Shown: positions 20,358 through 28,285 of the stretch, piece by piece
Layout: the number at the start of each line of letters is the position of its first letter
Numbering within the stretch: position 1 is the first letter of the stretch
Source of the DNA: an uncultured Chloroflexia bacterium
Lineage (GTDB): Bacteria > Chloroflexota > Limnocylindria > Limnocylindrales > CSP1-4
Length of the DNA: 28,285 nucleotides
Direction of reading: 5' to 3'
Assembly (NCBI GenBank): GCA_963748625.1
Contig: CAVVJT010000001.1
Coordinates: 1-28,285 of the forward strand
Made by a program: the position numbers and the translations under genes
Notes under the pieces: generated by a model
What the model was told of the DNA's origin: nothing
What the model saw: only the letters and a program-made list of their open reading frames with translations
Databases searched by the model: none

Positions 20358-21142
20358 GCCGCACCTCCCGCGACCGTGGCCGCGCCGACACCCGAGCCCG
20401 TGCCCGGGTGCGTGAACGAGATCCGCCCCGTTTGCGCCCACTCCTCCGCAGACACCACGAGCGAGCGGATGATCCCCAGGCCGTCGTCCGAGCCCAGGAT
20501 CGCCTCGACGGCGGTCTCCGGGTGAGGCATCAGGCCTGCCACGTTGCCCACGGCGTTGCGCACGCCCGCGATCCCGCGCAGCGAGCCGTTCGGGTTGCCG
20601 GCATCGTCAGGCCCGGCGACCGAGCCGTCCTTGTTCGCATAGCGCCACATGACGCCGCCGTCGCGCTCCAGCGCGTCCAGCGTGGCGTCGTCCGCGTAGT
20701 AGCAGCCCTCGCCGTGGGCGACGGGCATGCGCAGCGGGCGCTTCGCGTCCAGCTCGCGGGTGAACGGCGTGTCGAGGTGCTCCGGCAGCAGCGTGACCTC
20801 CTTGCACACGAACCGCAGGCCGCGGTTGCGCAGCAGGGCGCCGGGCACGAGGTGCGCTTCGGCGAGGACCTGGAAGCCGTTGCAGATGCCCAGGACCGGG
20901 CCTCCGCGCTGCGCGAAGTCCGCCACGGCCCGCATGACGGGGCTGAAGCGCGCGATGACGCCCGCCCGCAGGTAGTCGCCATAGGCGAAGCCGCCGGGCA
21001 GCAGGATCCCTGCGACCCCGGACAGGTCCGCGTCCTCGTGCCACAGAATCTCGGGCTGGGCACCCGCGACCGTCAGCGCGTTGACCGCGTCGATGTCGCG
21101 GTTGGAGCCCGGGAAGAGGACGATGCCGACGCGAACGGTCAT
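20354..21142 (-). CDS. purQ: Phosphoribosylformylglycinamidine synthase glutaminase subunit PurQ, 262 aa
   Basis: [35 protein letters not shown] catalytic triad. Confidence 0.97.
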   Translation of the reverse strand: MTVRVGIVLFPGSNRDIDAVNALTVAGAQPEILWHEDADLSGVAGILLPGGFAYGDYLRAGVIARFSPVMRAVADFAQRGGPVLGICNGFQVLAEAHLVPGALLRNRGLRFVCKEVTLLPEHLDTPFTRELDAKRPLRMPVAHGEGCYYADDATLDALERDGGVMWRYANKDGSVAGPDDAGNPNGSLRGIAGVRNAVGNVAGLMPHPETAVEAILGSDDGLGIIRSLVVSAEEWAQTGRISFTHPGTGSGVGAATVAGGAA

Positions 21143-21438
21143 CCGCCCACCCCTGCCGTCGCCGGCGCCTCGGCGGCCCCGAGCGATTCGACGGAGAACT
21201 GCTCCATCAGCGGGTTGGACAGGAGTTCGCCCGCGAGGTGGTCCACGGTCGCCCGAGCCGTGGCCTCGTCGCCGGCCGCGACCGTGAGCTCCACGCGGCG
21301 GCCGACCCGGACGCCGGTGACGCCGGCGATCCCCAGGTGCGGCAGGCTGCGCTCGACCGCCTTTCCCTGCGGGTCCAGGATGCCGGGCTTGGGGGTGACG
21401 TTGACCGCGAAGCGGAATGCGATCTTGAGCTCGCTCAT
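21139..21438 (-). CDS. purS: Phosphoribosylformylglycinamidine synthase subunit PurS, ~99 aa
   Basis: KPGILDPQG, VRVGR, LLSNP. ATG 21438 overlaps the purC stop. Confidence 0.93.
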   Translation of the reverse strand: MSELKIAFRFAVNVTPKPGILDPQGKAVERSLPHLGIAGVTGVRVGRRVELTVAAGDEATARATVDHLAGELLSNPLMEQFSVESLGAAEAPATAGVGG

Positions 21439-22352
21439 CGGGAGATGACGTCCTCCGAAAGGTAGCGGGCGAAGCTCGCCCCGGTGATGCGCTCGAATGC
21501 CTCGACGTAGCGCCCGCGGGTGCCGGCGGCCACGTCGTCCGGGAGCTCGGGCCCCGGCGCCGTCTTGGTCCACGGCTGCTGCTCGAGCCAGTCGCGGACG
21601 AACTGCTTGTCGTAGCTGGCCTGGGCTCGGCCCGGCTCGTACGCCGCGGCCTCCCAGAACCGTGACGAGTCGGGGGTCATCACCTCGTCGATGAGGATCA
21701 GCTCCCCGTCGGGGGTGACGCCGAACTCGTACTTGGTGTCAGCGAGGATGATCCCCGCCCGCTCGCAGATGATCGACCCGCGCGTGTAGAGCGCGAGGGA
21801 CGCGATCATGACCATGTTGGCGAGCCGGTGTCCGATGAGCTCGGCGACGCGACCCATCGGGATGTTCTCGTCGTGCTGGCCGGCAGGCGCCTTCCAGGCG
21901 GGCGTGAAGACCGGCTCCGGCAGGCGGTCCGACTCGCGCAGGCCCGGCGGGAGCTCGATGCCGCAGACGGTGCCGCCGGCCTGGTACTCCTTCCAGCCCG
22001 AACCGCTGAGGTAGCCGCGGACCACGCACTCCACCGGGAGGACCTCGGCGCGGCGGCCCAGCATCATCCGTCCCCGCAGGTCGGCCAGGACCGCCGGGTC
22101 CCCGCCGGTGAGGTCCTCGGGGAGGTCGGCCGGATCCGTGGAGAGCAGGTGGTTGGCGATGATGTCCGCGGTCTGCGCGAACCAGAACCGCGAGAGGCCG
22201 GTGAGGACGCGACCCTTGTCGGCGATGGGCGTGGGCAGGACCACGTCGAAGGCAGAGAGGCGATCCGACGCCACCAGGAGCAGGCGGTCCTCCCCCACCG
22301 CGTACAGGTCGCGGACCTTGCCGGACCGGACGAAGGCGTCAGCCAGCGGCAT
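21435..22352 (-). CDS. purC: SAICAR synthetase (ADE1-like long type), ~305 aa
   Basis: GKVRDLY, SDRLSAFD, ECVVRGYLSGS, HDENI, ADTKYEFG, DEVMTPDSSRFW, DKQFVRDW. Start ATG 22352. Confidence 0.96.
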   Translation of the reverse strand: MPLADAFVRSGKVRDLYAVGEDRLLLVASDRLSAFDVVLPTPIADKGRVLTGLSRFWFAQTADIIANHLLSTDPADLPEDLTGGDPAVLADLRGRMMLGRRAEVLPVECVVRGYLSGSGWKEYQAGGTVCGIELPPGLRESDRLPEPVFTPAWKAPAGQHDENIPMGRVAELIGHRLANMVMIASLALYTRGSIICERAGIILADTKYEFGVTPDGELILIDEVMTPDSSRFWEAAAYEPGRAQASYDKQFVRDWLEQQPWTKTAPGPELPDDVAAGTRGRYVEAFERITGASFARYLSEDVISR

Positions 22353-23703
22353 CGGAGCCCTCCCGTGCGCGACCAAGCGGGGTCGACCGCTCCCGAACGG
22401 ATGCCTCGAGGGGCTCGAGGCGGCCGATGATCGTGGGCACGTGGCGCAGGACCACGTGGTCGTCGAAGCAGGCGTCGAGATCGGCCAGCGGCAGCTTCTG
22501 GGCCACCTCCGCGTCGGTGGCGAGCAGGCCGTGGAGCGCGACCCGCTCGTCGGCGGCACGCAGGGCGTTGCGCTGGACGATGGCGTAGGCCTGCTCGCGA
22601 CTCATGCCGCCCTTCTCGACGAGGGCGACGAGGACCCGGGAGCTGGCGTGCAGACCGTGGCCACGCTCGATGTTCTCGCGCATGCGCTCGGGCCGCACGA
22701 CCAGGCCCTCCACCAGGCCCGTGGTCTTGGCGAGCATGTAGTCGAGCAGGATCGTCGCGTCCGGCAGCGTCACGCGCTCGGCGCTGCTGTGGCTGATGTC
22801 GCGCTCGTGCCACAGCGGCTGGTTCTCGAAGGCGGTGACGGCGTAGCCGCGCAGGAGGCGGGCGAGCCCGGCGATCCGCTCGGACAGGATCGGGTTGCGC
22901 TTGTGGGGCATCGCCGAGCTGCCCTTCTGGCCGCGCTTGAAGGGCTCCATGACCTCGGCGATCTCGGTGTGCTGGAGGTTGCGCACCTCGGTAGCGAGGC
23001 GCTCCAGGCTGCCACCGATGATCGCGATGGCGGCGACGAACGCGGCATGGCGGTCGCGCTGCACGATCTGCGTGCTGACCGGATCGACCCTGAGGCCCAG
23101 GTCCGCCAGCACCTCGGCCTCCAGGTCCGGCCCGAGGTGTGAGTACGTCCCGACCGGGCCGCTGATCTTGCCCGTGCCGATCTCCGTGGTGGCCTGCGCA
23201 AGGCGGTCGCGTCCTCGCGCGACCTCGAAGGCCCAGCCGGCGCACTTGAGGCCGAAGGTCGTGGGCTCCGCGTGGACGCTGTGGGTGCGGCCCATCATCA
23301 CGGTGCCGGCCTCCTGGCGCGCCCGGGCGATGAGCGCGAGGATCAGTCTGTCGGCCCCGGCGAGGAGCTGCTCCCCCGCCCCCTTGAGCTGGAGGGCGAG
23401 CGCGGTGTCAACCACGTCCGATGACGTGAGGCCAAGGTGCAGGAAACGTCCGTCCGGACCCACCGTCTCGGCAACCTGGGAGACGAACGCGATCACGTCG
23501 TGGTCGGTCGTGAGCTCGATCTCGTTGATCCGCTCCACGTTGACGACGGCCCTGGCCTCGATCGTCGCGAGCGCGGTCGCCGGCACCAGGCCGCGGCGCA
23601 CCTGGGCGCGGCAGACGGCGACCTCCACCTCGAGCATGCGTTCGAAGCGGGCCTCCTCGGACCAGCGGGCGCCCATCTCGGGAAGGGTGTAGCGGCGGAT
23701 CAT
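22339..23703 (-). CDS. purB: Adenylosuccinate lyase, ~454 aa
   Basis: MIRRY start, HDVIAF, HLGLTSSD, GRTH, GSSAMPHKRNP, WHERDISHSS. ATG overlaps the purD stop. Confidence 0.97.
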   Translation of the reverse strand: MIRRYTLPEMGARWSEEARFERMLEVEVAVCRAQVRRGLVPATALATIEARAVVNVERINEIELTTDHDVIAFVSQVAETVGPDGRFLHLGLTSSDVVDTALALQLKGAGEQLLAGADRLILALIARARQEAGTVMMGRTHSVHAEPTTFGLKCAGWAFEVARGRDRLAQATTEIGTGKISGPVGTYSHLGPDLEAEVLADLGLRVDPVSTQIVQRDRHAAFVAAIAIIGGSLERLATEVRNLQHTEIAEVMEPFKRGQKGSSAMPHKRNPILSERIAGLARLLRGYAVTAFENQPLWHERDISHSSAERVTLPDATILLDYMLAKTTGLVEGLVVRPERMRENIERGHGLHASSRVLVALVEKGGMSREQAYAIVQRNALRAADERVALHGLLATDAEVAQKLPLADLDACFDDHVVLRHVPTIIGRLEPLEASVRERSTPLGRAREGSDAAG

Positions 23704-25025
23704 CGGGTGGTCTCCGGGAGCGTGGCGGCGATGTCGCGGCGGCGGTGCATGCCGTCCCACGTGACGGCGTCGGCGGCATGCTCGGCTGCGGCGCGTGCCG
23801 AGGGGATGTCCAGGCCGAGCGCCGTGACAGCGAGAACGCGGCCCCCGTTGGTCCCGAAGCCGCCCTCGGGTCGCTGGCGGGCGGCGGTGCCCGCGTGGAA
23901 GACGAGGGCGCCGAGCCTGAGGGCCTCGTCGAGGCCGTCGATCGGGTCGCCCCTGCGCGGATCGTTGGGGTAGCCCTTCGCGGCCAGCACGATGGTGACG
24001 GCCGCCTCGTCCCGCGTGGGGAGGTGGGCAGGCAGTCCGTTCGGGAGGCCGGTGGTCGCGGCGGCGAGGAGGACCTGCGCGAGGTCCGCGTCGAGACGCG
24101 GCAGGATCGCCTGGGTCTCGGGATCGCCCAGTCGGACGTTGGTCTCGAGCAGCGCGGGCCCGGTCGCGGTGAGCATGAGCCCCGCGTACAGGAAGCCCCG
24201 GAACGGGGTGCCCCGGCGGGCCATCTCGGCGAGGATCGGCAGGTGCACAGTCGTCAGGACGCGGTCGACATCGGCGTCGGTGAGGTCCGGCAGTGGCGAG
24301 TACGCGCCCATGCCGCCGGTGTTGGGACCCTTGTCGCCGCCGCACAGGCGCTTGTGGTCACGGGCCGCGGGGAGGGCGACGGCGCGGGTGCCGTCACAGA
24401 TGGCGATGACGCTCGCCTCCGGGCCCTCGAGCCGCTCCTCGAGGACGAGGGCGGGCTCACCCGGTGCGCGGCCGGCCAGGAACGACGGCGCCAGCTCGAG
24501 CGCCTGCTCAAGGGAGTCGGTGACGATGACGCCCTTGCCCGCCGCGAGGCCGTCGGCCTTGAGCACGGCACCTGCACCATCGGCCGCCAGCTCCCGGATG
24601 AAGTCGAGCGCCGCGGGCTCCTCGCCACCGGCGAAGGCGCGCGCGCGCGCCATGCGGACGCCGGCGGCTTCGGCCACCTCGTGGCAGAACGCCTTTGACG
24701 TCTCCAGGCGGGCGGCGGCCGCCACCGGGCCGAAGACCGGGATCCGGGCCTCCTGCAGGGCGTCGGCAACCCCGGCGCCAAGTGGTGCCTCGGGCCCCAC
24801 GACGACCAGGTCCACCGCCTCCGCCTGCGCAAGCGCGACCACGGCCGCGGGATCGAGCGGGTTCACGGGCTCGCATCGGACCCCGTGGGTCGTCGCGATC
24901 CCGGCGCTGCCCGGCGCGCATACCACCTCGGCCACGCCTGCCTCGCCTGCCAGCTTCCACGCGAGCGCGTGCTCGCGCCCGCCGCCGCCGAGGACGAGCA
25001 CCCGCGAGGGGACGGCGAGGGTCAC
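23700..25025 (-). CDS. purD: Phosphoribosylamine--glycine ligase, ~441 aa
   Basis: Has its own GTG start at 25025 with a GGAGG RBS. VLGGGGREHAL, VGPEAPL, KADGLAAGKGV, RDHKR, GPNTGGMGAYSP, RLGDPE, GGRVL. Confidence 0.95.
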   Translation of the reverse strand: MTLAVPSRVLVLGGGGREHALAWKLAGEAGVAEVVCAPGSAGIATTHGVRCEPVNPLDPAAVVALAQAEAVDLVVVGPEAPLGAGVADALQEARIPVFGPVAAAARLETSKAFCHEVAEAAGVRMARARAFAGGEEPAALDFIRELAADGAGAVLKADGLAAGKGVIVTDSLEQALELAPSFLAGRAPGEPALVLEERLEGPEASVIAICDGTRAVALPAARDHKRLCGGDKGPNTGGMGAYSPLPDLTDADVDRVLTTVHLPILAEMARRGTPFRGFLYAGLMLTATGPALLETNVRLGDPETQAILPRLDADLAQVLLAAATTGLPNGLPAHLPTRDEAAVTIVLAAKGYPNDPRRGDPIDGLDEALRLGALVFHAGTAARQRPEGGFGTNGGRVLAVTALGLDIPSARAAAEHAADAVTWDGMHRRRDIAATLPETTR

Positions 25026-25054
25026 AGCTGGCCTCCGTCGGGACGGTCGATGGC

Positions 25055-26363
25055 TCAGGCCGGCATCTGCGGGCGGTGGCGCATCGGCCGCCAGGCCCGC
25101 TCGATGGTCTGGGTCCGCTCCGGGCCCACGCTCACGAACACGATCGGCACGCCCGCATGATCCTCGAGCGCTTGGACGTAGCGGCGGGCGGCTTCGGGGA
25201 GGTCGGCGAGGCTGCGCACGTCGTGGATCGGCTGCTCCCAGCCTTCGAAATCCTCGTAGATCGGGACGGCTCGCTCGAGCGCGGAGCCCGAGGACGGCCA
25301 GCTCGTCCACGCGCTTGCCGTCGAGGTCGTACGCGACGCAGAGCTTGATCGTCTCGATGCCGGACAGGATGTCGAGCTTGTTGAGCACGATGGCGGAGTT
25401 GGAGTTGACCGCGACCGCGTACCGCAGCGGCACGGTGTCGAACCAGCCGACACGGCGGGCGCGCCCGGTGACGGTGCCGAACTCGTGGCCGCGCTCCGCG
25501 ATCCCCTTGCCGATGTCGTCGAACAGCTCGGTCGGGAACGGGCCCGACCCCACGCGGGTGGAGTAGGCCTTCATCACGCCGATGACCTCGTCCACCTGGA
25601 GCGGGCCGATGCCGCCACCGGTGCAGGCGCCGCCCGCCACCGGGTTGGAGCTGGTGACGAAGGGGTACGAGCCGTGGTCCAGGTCCAGCAGCGCGCCCTG
25701 GGCACCTTCGAGCAGGACGTGGTCACCGCGCCGCAGGGCGTCCTGGACGAGCCAGGTGGTGTCGTCCATGTGCGCCTCGATGCGGGTGCCCCACTCCATG
25801 CACTGCGCCACGAGCGGCTCCACCTCGAAGGTGTCTGCCCCCATCGACGCCAGCAGGAGGTTCTTGTCCGGGAGCGCACGCCCGATGCGCTCGCGCAGGA
25901 CCGGCTCGTTGACCAGATCCTCGATCCGGATGCCCAGGCGCCAGGCGCGGTCGCCGTACGTGGGGCCGATGCCGCGGCCCGTCGTGCCCACCTTCGCGCC
26001 GCCAAGGCGGGTCTCGTTCGCCTTATCGAGGGCGACGTGGTACGGCATGATCACGTGCGCGCTGCGGCTGACGCGGATCTTGCTGGTGTCCACGCCCTTG
26101 CCCGCGAGCATGTCCATCTCGCGGAGCAGCGTGGCCGGGTTGACCACCACGCCGTTGCCGATCACCGACGTGATGTGGGGGTACATCACGCCCGACGGGC
26201 ACAGTTGGAGCTTGATCGTCTCGCTGCCCACCACCACGGTGTGGCCGGCGTTGTCGCCACCCTGGTAGCGCACCACCATCGCCACGTGCTCGGCGAGGAA
26301 GTCGGTGGTCTTCCCCTTTCCCTCGTCGCCCCACTGGAGGCCGGTGATCACGGTCGCGGGCAT
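25055..26363 (-). CDS. purA: Adenylosuccinate synthetase, interrupted by a 1-nt frameshift near 25301-25304 (~435 aa if corrected). Possible pseudogene or sequence error.
   Basis: GLQWGDEGKG, QGGDNAGHT, GTTGRGIGP, EGAQG, TRVGSGPFPTE, EFGTVTGR and NKLD lie in one frame. The C-terminus (PIYEDFEGW...LPEAARRY...VSVGPER) lies in the adjacent frame, ending at 25055. Confidence 0.93.
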
Positions 26364-26380
26364 GGCTCAGCCTCCGGACA

Positions 26381-26410
26381 CAAAAACACCCCGGCGCTCT
26401 GGGCCGGGGT
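26381..26410 (-). terminator. Intrinsic terminator/attenuator immediately upstream of the purA RBS
   Basis: Minus strand ACCCCGGC-ccagagc-GCCGGGGT-GTTTTTG, then GGAGG (26375-26371) and ATG 26363. Confidence 0.8.
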
Positions 26411-26565
26411 TCTGGATACACGTCTCCCGCGTCTGCCCGCCGGTGACCTGGCGGACCGGGTGATCGAAGGTGCGATCCCGTCTCACGGGGCGGATCCCGC
26501 GCCTTCCTCGAGCAACGGTTGTCCCTCCATCGCGGGGCCGGTCAAGGGCCGGCTTCCGAGGAAGG
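26381..26565 (-). ncRNA. Structured 5' leader of the pur operon, candidate riboswitch (class unassigned)
   Basis: Multiple hand-identified stems, two loop-loop complementarities and an alternative pairing between a -10 box and a terminator (details in findings). Confidence 0.6.
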
Positions 26566-26568
26566 GCG

Positions 26569-26574
26569 AGTATA
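26569..26574 (-). promoter_or_regulatory. Putative -10 element (TATACT) of the pur operon promoter
   Basis: TATACT lies directly upstream of the first leader helix. No convincing -35. Confidence 0.55.
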
Positions 26575-26635
26575 CGCGACGGGGGTGGCGCCCGACACGC
26601 CGGCGCGGGTTGCGGATCGGGGTCGAACAGGCCCA

Positions 26636-26822
26636 GCCCGACGGTCGTGTGCGGAGTGACGAGCGCAACTTCCGGTTGCACCGAACGGATTCGCCGCCCG
26701 TCAGCCAGGAGTTCGCTGCGACTGAACAGTCGGCCGGCCGTCGGGCCGTCACGACGCCTTCCGCGGTCGTGTCGTTCGGCCGAGTCGGACAACCGGACGC
26801 GTCACTGCAGATCCGTTCGGTG
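26636..26822. repeat. Inverted-repeat-rich intergenic element (REPIN/MITE-like or ncRNA)
   Basis: caccgaacggat 26679-26690 / atccgttcggtg 26811-26822, tccggttg 26671-26678 / caaccgga 26790-26797, agtgacg 26655-26661 / cgtcact 26800-26806, gcccgacgg 26636-26644 / ccgtcgggc 26738-26746. Confidence 0.5.
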
Positions 26823-26962
26823 GGGCTGAACCACGATGGCAATCGCGGTGCGACCCCGGTACATAAGCGCGCGGTGAGTGTGGCGTGAGTCCGGGTGCAG
26901 TGACGGTGCGTACGGTGTGCATCCCGTCGCCCCCGCCCGCCACAGCCGAAAGGAGACCCCGG

Positions 26963-27448
26963 ATGAACCGGGTCACGCTGACCGGTCGCCTCACACGCGA
27001 CCCCGAGCTCCGCACCACCGCCGGCGGCAAGGCGGTCGTCCAGTTCTCGATCGCCAGCCACGAGTTCGTGGGTGGCAAGGAGAAGTCGGAATTCCATTCG
27101 ATCGTGGCGTGGAACCGCCTCGCGGAGACGTGCGGCCGGTACCTCGGCAAGGGCCAGCAGGTGGCTGTCGAGGGCCGCATCCAGACGCGGACGTGGGACG
27201 ACGCCGACGGCAAGCGGCACTGGAAGACGGAGATCGTGGCGTCGTCGGTGGAGATGCTCGCGGGCCGGCGGCGCCGTGACTACAGCGGCGACCAGGCCGC
27301 CGATGCCCTTGAGGCGCAGGCCCAGGCGGCGGGCGTGCCGTCGGACGCGTCGGAGCCGATGGCGGACGACAGCGGCTTCGCGGTCATGCCGGTCGAGGAC
27401 GAGGACGACGAGGAGGACGAGTTGCTCGAGGAGGCCGTCGCGGCCTAG
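26963..27448 (+). CDS. ssb: Single-stranded DNA-binding protein, ~161 aa
   Basis: AAGGAG RBS. MNRVTLTGRLTRDPELRTT, YLGKGQQVAVEGRIQTRTW and TEIVA form the OB fold, followed by an acidic tail. Confidence 0.95.
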   Translation: MNRVTLTGRLTRDPELRTTAGGKAVVQFSIASHEFVGGKEKSEFHSIVAWNRLAETCGRYLGKGQQVAVEGRIQTRTWDDADGKRHWKTEIVASSVEMLAGRRRRDYSGDQAADALEAQAQAAGVPSDASEPMADDSGFAVMPVEDEDDEEDELLEEAVAA

Positions 27449-27470
27449 ACGTCCTTCTCCCTCTCTCGCG

Positions 27471-27503
27471 GCGACGGCACGGCTCCCCCTCCCGTGCCGT
27501 CGC
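27471..27503 (+). terminator. GC-rich hairpin after ssb, probable terminator
   Basis: gcgacggcacgg / ctccccctc loop / ccgtgccgtcgc, a perfect 12-bp stem with no U-tract. Confidence 0.6.
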
Positions 27504-27525
27504 CCGCCCATGCCCGCTGGCACTG

Positions 27526-27562
27526 TGATGCGTTGATGCGCTCGTGCCTGATGCTACGATGC
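27526..27562 (+). promoter_or_regulatory. vapBC promoter/operator: TGATGC direct repeats and -10 TACGAT
   Basis: TGATGC at 27526, 27534 and 27549, GATGC at 27558. TACGAT at 27555-27560 lies 7 nt before ATG 27568. Confidence 0.55.
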
Positions 27563-27567
27563 CGTGC

Positions 27568-27822
27568 ATGCGAACCACGGTGACCCTTGATCCAGACACC
27601 GACGCGCTCGTCCGCCGCCTCATGCGGGAGCGGTCGATCTCGTTCAAGGAGGCCGTGAACGCGGCAATCCGGGCGGGGGCGACACAGCCCGCGCGACACC
27701 GGATGGCCCGGACGCCGACGTTCGCGATGGGCGAGCCCCGGCTCGACCTCGACAAGGCGCTCGGGCTCGCCGCGCAGCTGGAGGACGACGAGATCATCCG
27801 CAAGCTCGCGCGACGGTCGTAG
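27568..27822 (+). CDS. vapB: VapB-type antitoxin (ribbon-helix-helix/CopG-like), ~84 aa
   Basis: MRTTVTLDPD...SFKEAVNAAIRAG...DLDKALGLAAQLEDDEI, directly upstream of a PIN toxin. Confidence 0.88.
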   Translation: MRTTVTLDPDTDALVRRLMRERSISFKEAVNAAIRAGATQPARHRMARTPTFAMGEPRLDLDKALGLAAQLEDDEIIRKLARRS

Positions 27823-27827
27823 CGCAC

Positions 27828-28283
27828 ATGCGGCTCGTCGACGCGAACGTCCTGCTGTACGCCGTGAACGAGTCGAGCCCGCACAACGAGCCGGCGCGTG
27901 ACTGGCTCGACCGGGCTCTCGCGTCGGACGAGACCATCGGGCTCCCGTGGACGTCGCTCCTGGCGTTCATCCGCCTTGCCACGCACCCGGCCGTCTTCCC
28001 CCACCCGCTCCAGCTTGACGATGCGCTGCGCGTGGTCCGGCTCTGGCTGGCGGCACCTTCGGCGATCCCGGTGGGGCCGGGTGACCGCCACGTGGCAATC
28101 CTCTCAGGCCTCCTCGCGAGCAGCGGCACCGGGGGCAACCTCGTGACCGACGCCCACCTGGCTGCGCTCGCCATCGAGCACGACGCGACGCTGGTCTCCT
28201 TCGACCGGGATTTCGGGCGGTTCGACGGCCTCGCCTGGGAGCTGCCCGCTGCCGCCCAGGGCAGCCGCCGCGGCAAGCGCTGA
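27828..28283 (+). CDS. vapC: VapC PIN-domain ribonuclease toxin, 151 aa
   Basis: LVDANVLLYA, GNLVTDAHLAALAIEH and SFDRDF carry the PIN acidic residues. Mycobacterial-type VapC style. Confidence 0.92.
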   Translation: MRLVDANVLLYAVNESSPHNEPARDWLDRALASDETIGLPWTSLLAFIRLATHPAVFPHPLQLDDALRVVRLWLAAPSAIPVGPGDRHVAILSGLLASSGTGGNLVTDAHLAALAIEHDATLVSFDRDFGRFDGLAWELPAAAQGSRRGKR

Positions 28284-28285
28284 CG

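Noticed and set aside
21886-21910. PurC FTPAWKA instead of the more usual FTP(S/A)TKA
   Set aside because: The Lys and all other catalytic motifs are retained, and a single variable position is not enough to claim altered function.
23700-26363. 887-aa ORF as a genuine PurA-PurD fusion enzyme
   Set aside because: The PurA C-terminus is intact in another frame, the connecting ~90 aa are Arg/Pro-rich off-frame sequence, and purD has its own RBS and start.
26414-26497. TPP riboswitch or T-box for leader domain 2
   Set aside because: UGAGA and AUCACCCGGUC resemble TPP words, but CCUGAU and GCGnAGGGA are not preserved and the context does not fit. There is no GGUGGnACC T-box sequence.
26502-26565. 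Canonical guanine/adenine, ZTP, fluoride, SAM-I or hammerhead assignment for leader domain 1
   Set aside because: It lacks the purine-riboswitch junction nucleotides, the ZTP GACUGGCG/CGCCUGGG words and the hammerhead CUGAUGA/GAAA. GCGAUGGAG and GGAGGGAC match only fragments of the fluoride and SAM-I consensus.
26963-28283. Prophage or integrative element boundary at ssb-vapBC
   Set aside because: No integrase, transposase, att site or tRNA is visible in the window, and there is no obvious compositional shift.

Overview
Very GC-rich bacterial chromosomal segment. The gene style suggests Chloroflexota or an actinobacterium-like lineage, which is inference only. From left to right: two large secreted proteins (an HExxH metalloprotease with Fn3-like repeats, and a CSLREA/beta-helix protein), an aldose 1-epimerase-family gene, a repeat-rich spacer, a metG-dinB-like-tatD operon, and three accessory membrane/lipoprotein genes. 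Next is a ~13.3 kb tightly coupled de novo purine operon on the minus strand (purA-purD-purB-purC-purS-purQ-purL-purF-purM-purN/purH fusion, with no purE/purK), then ssb and a vapBC toxin-antitoxin pair. Most notable: (1) a ~200-nt structured leader ending in an intrinsic terminator directly before purA, a candidate riboswitch/attenuator that I cannot match cleanly to a known class; (2) a methionyl-tRNA synthetase whose HIGH signature is replaced by GLHT; (3) a 1-nt frameshift in purA that produces an apparent PurA-PurD read-through; (4) a PurN-PurH fusion; (5) a TatD with the conserved ETD Asp changed to Asn.
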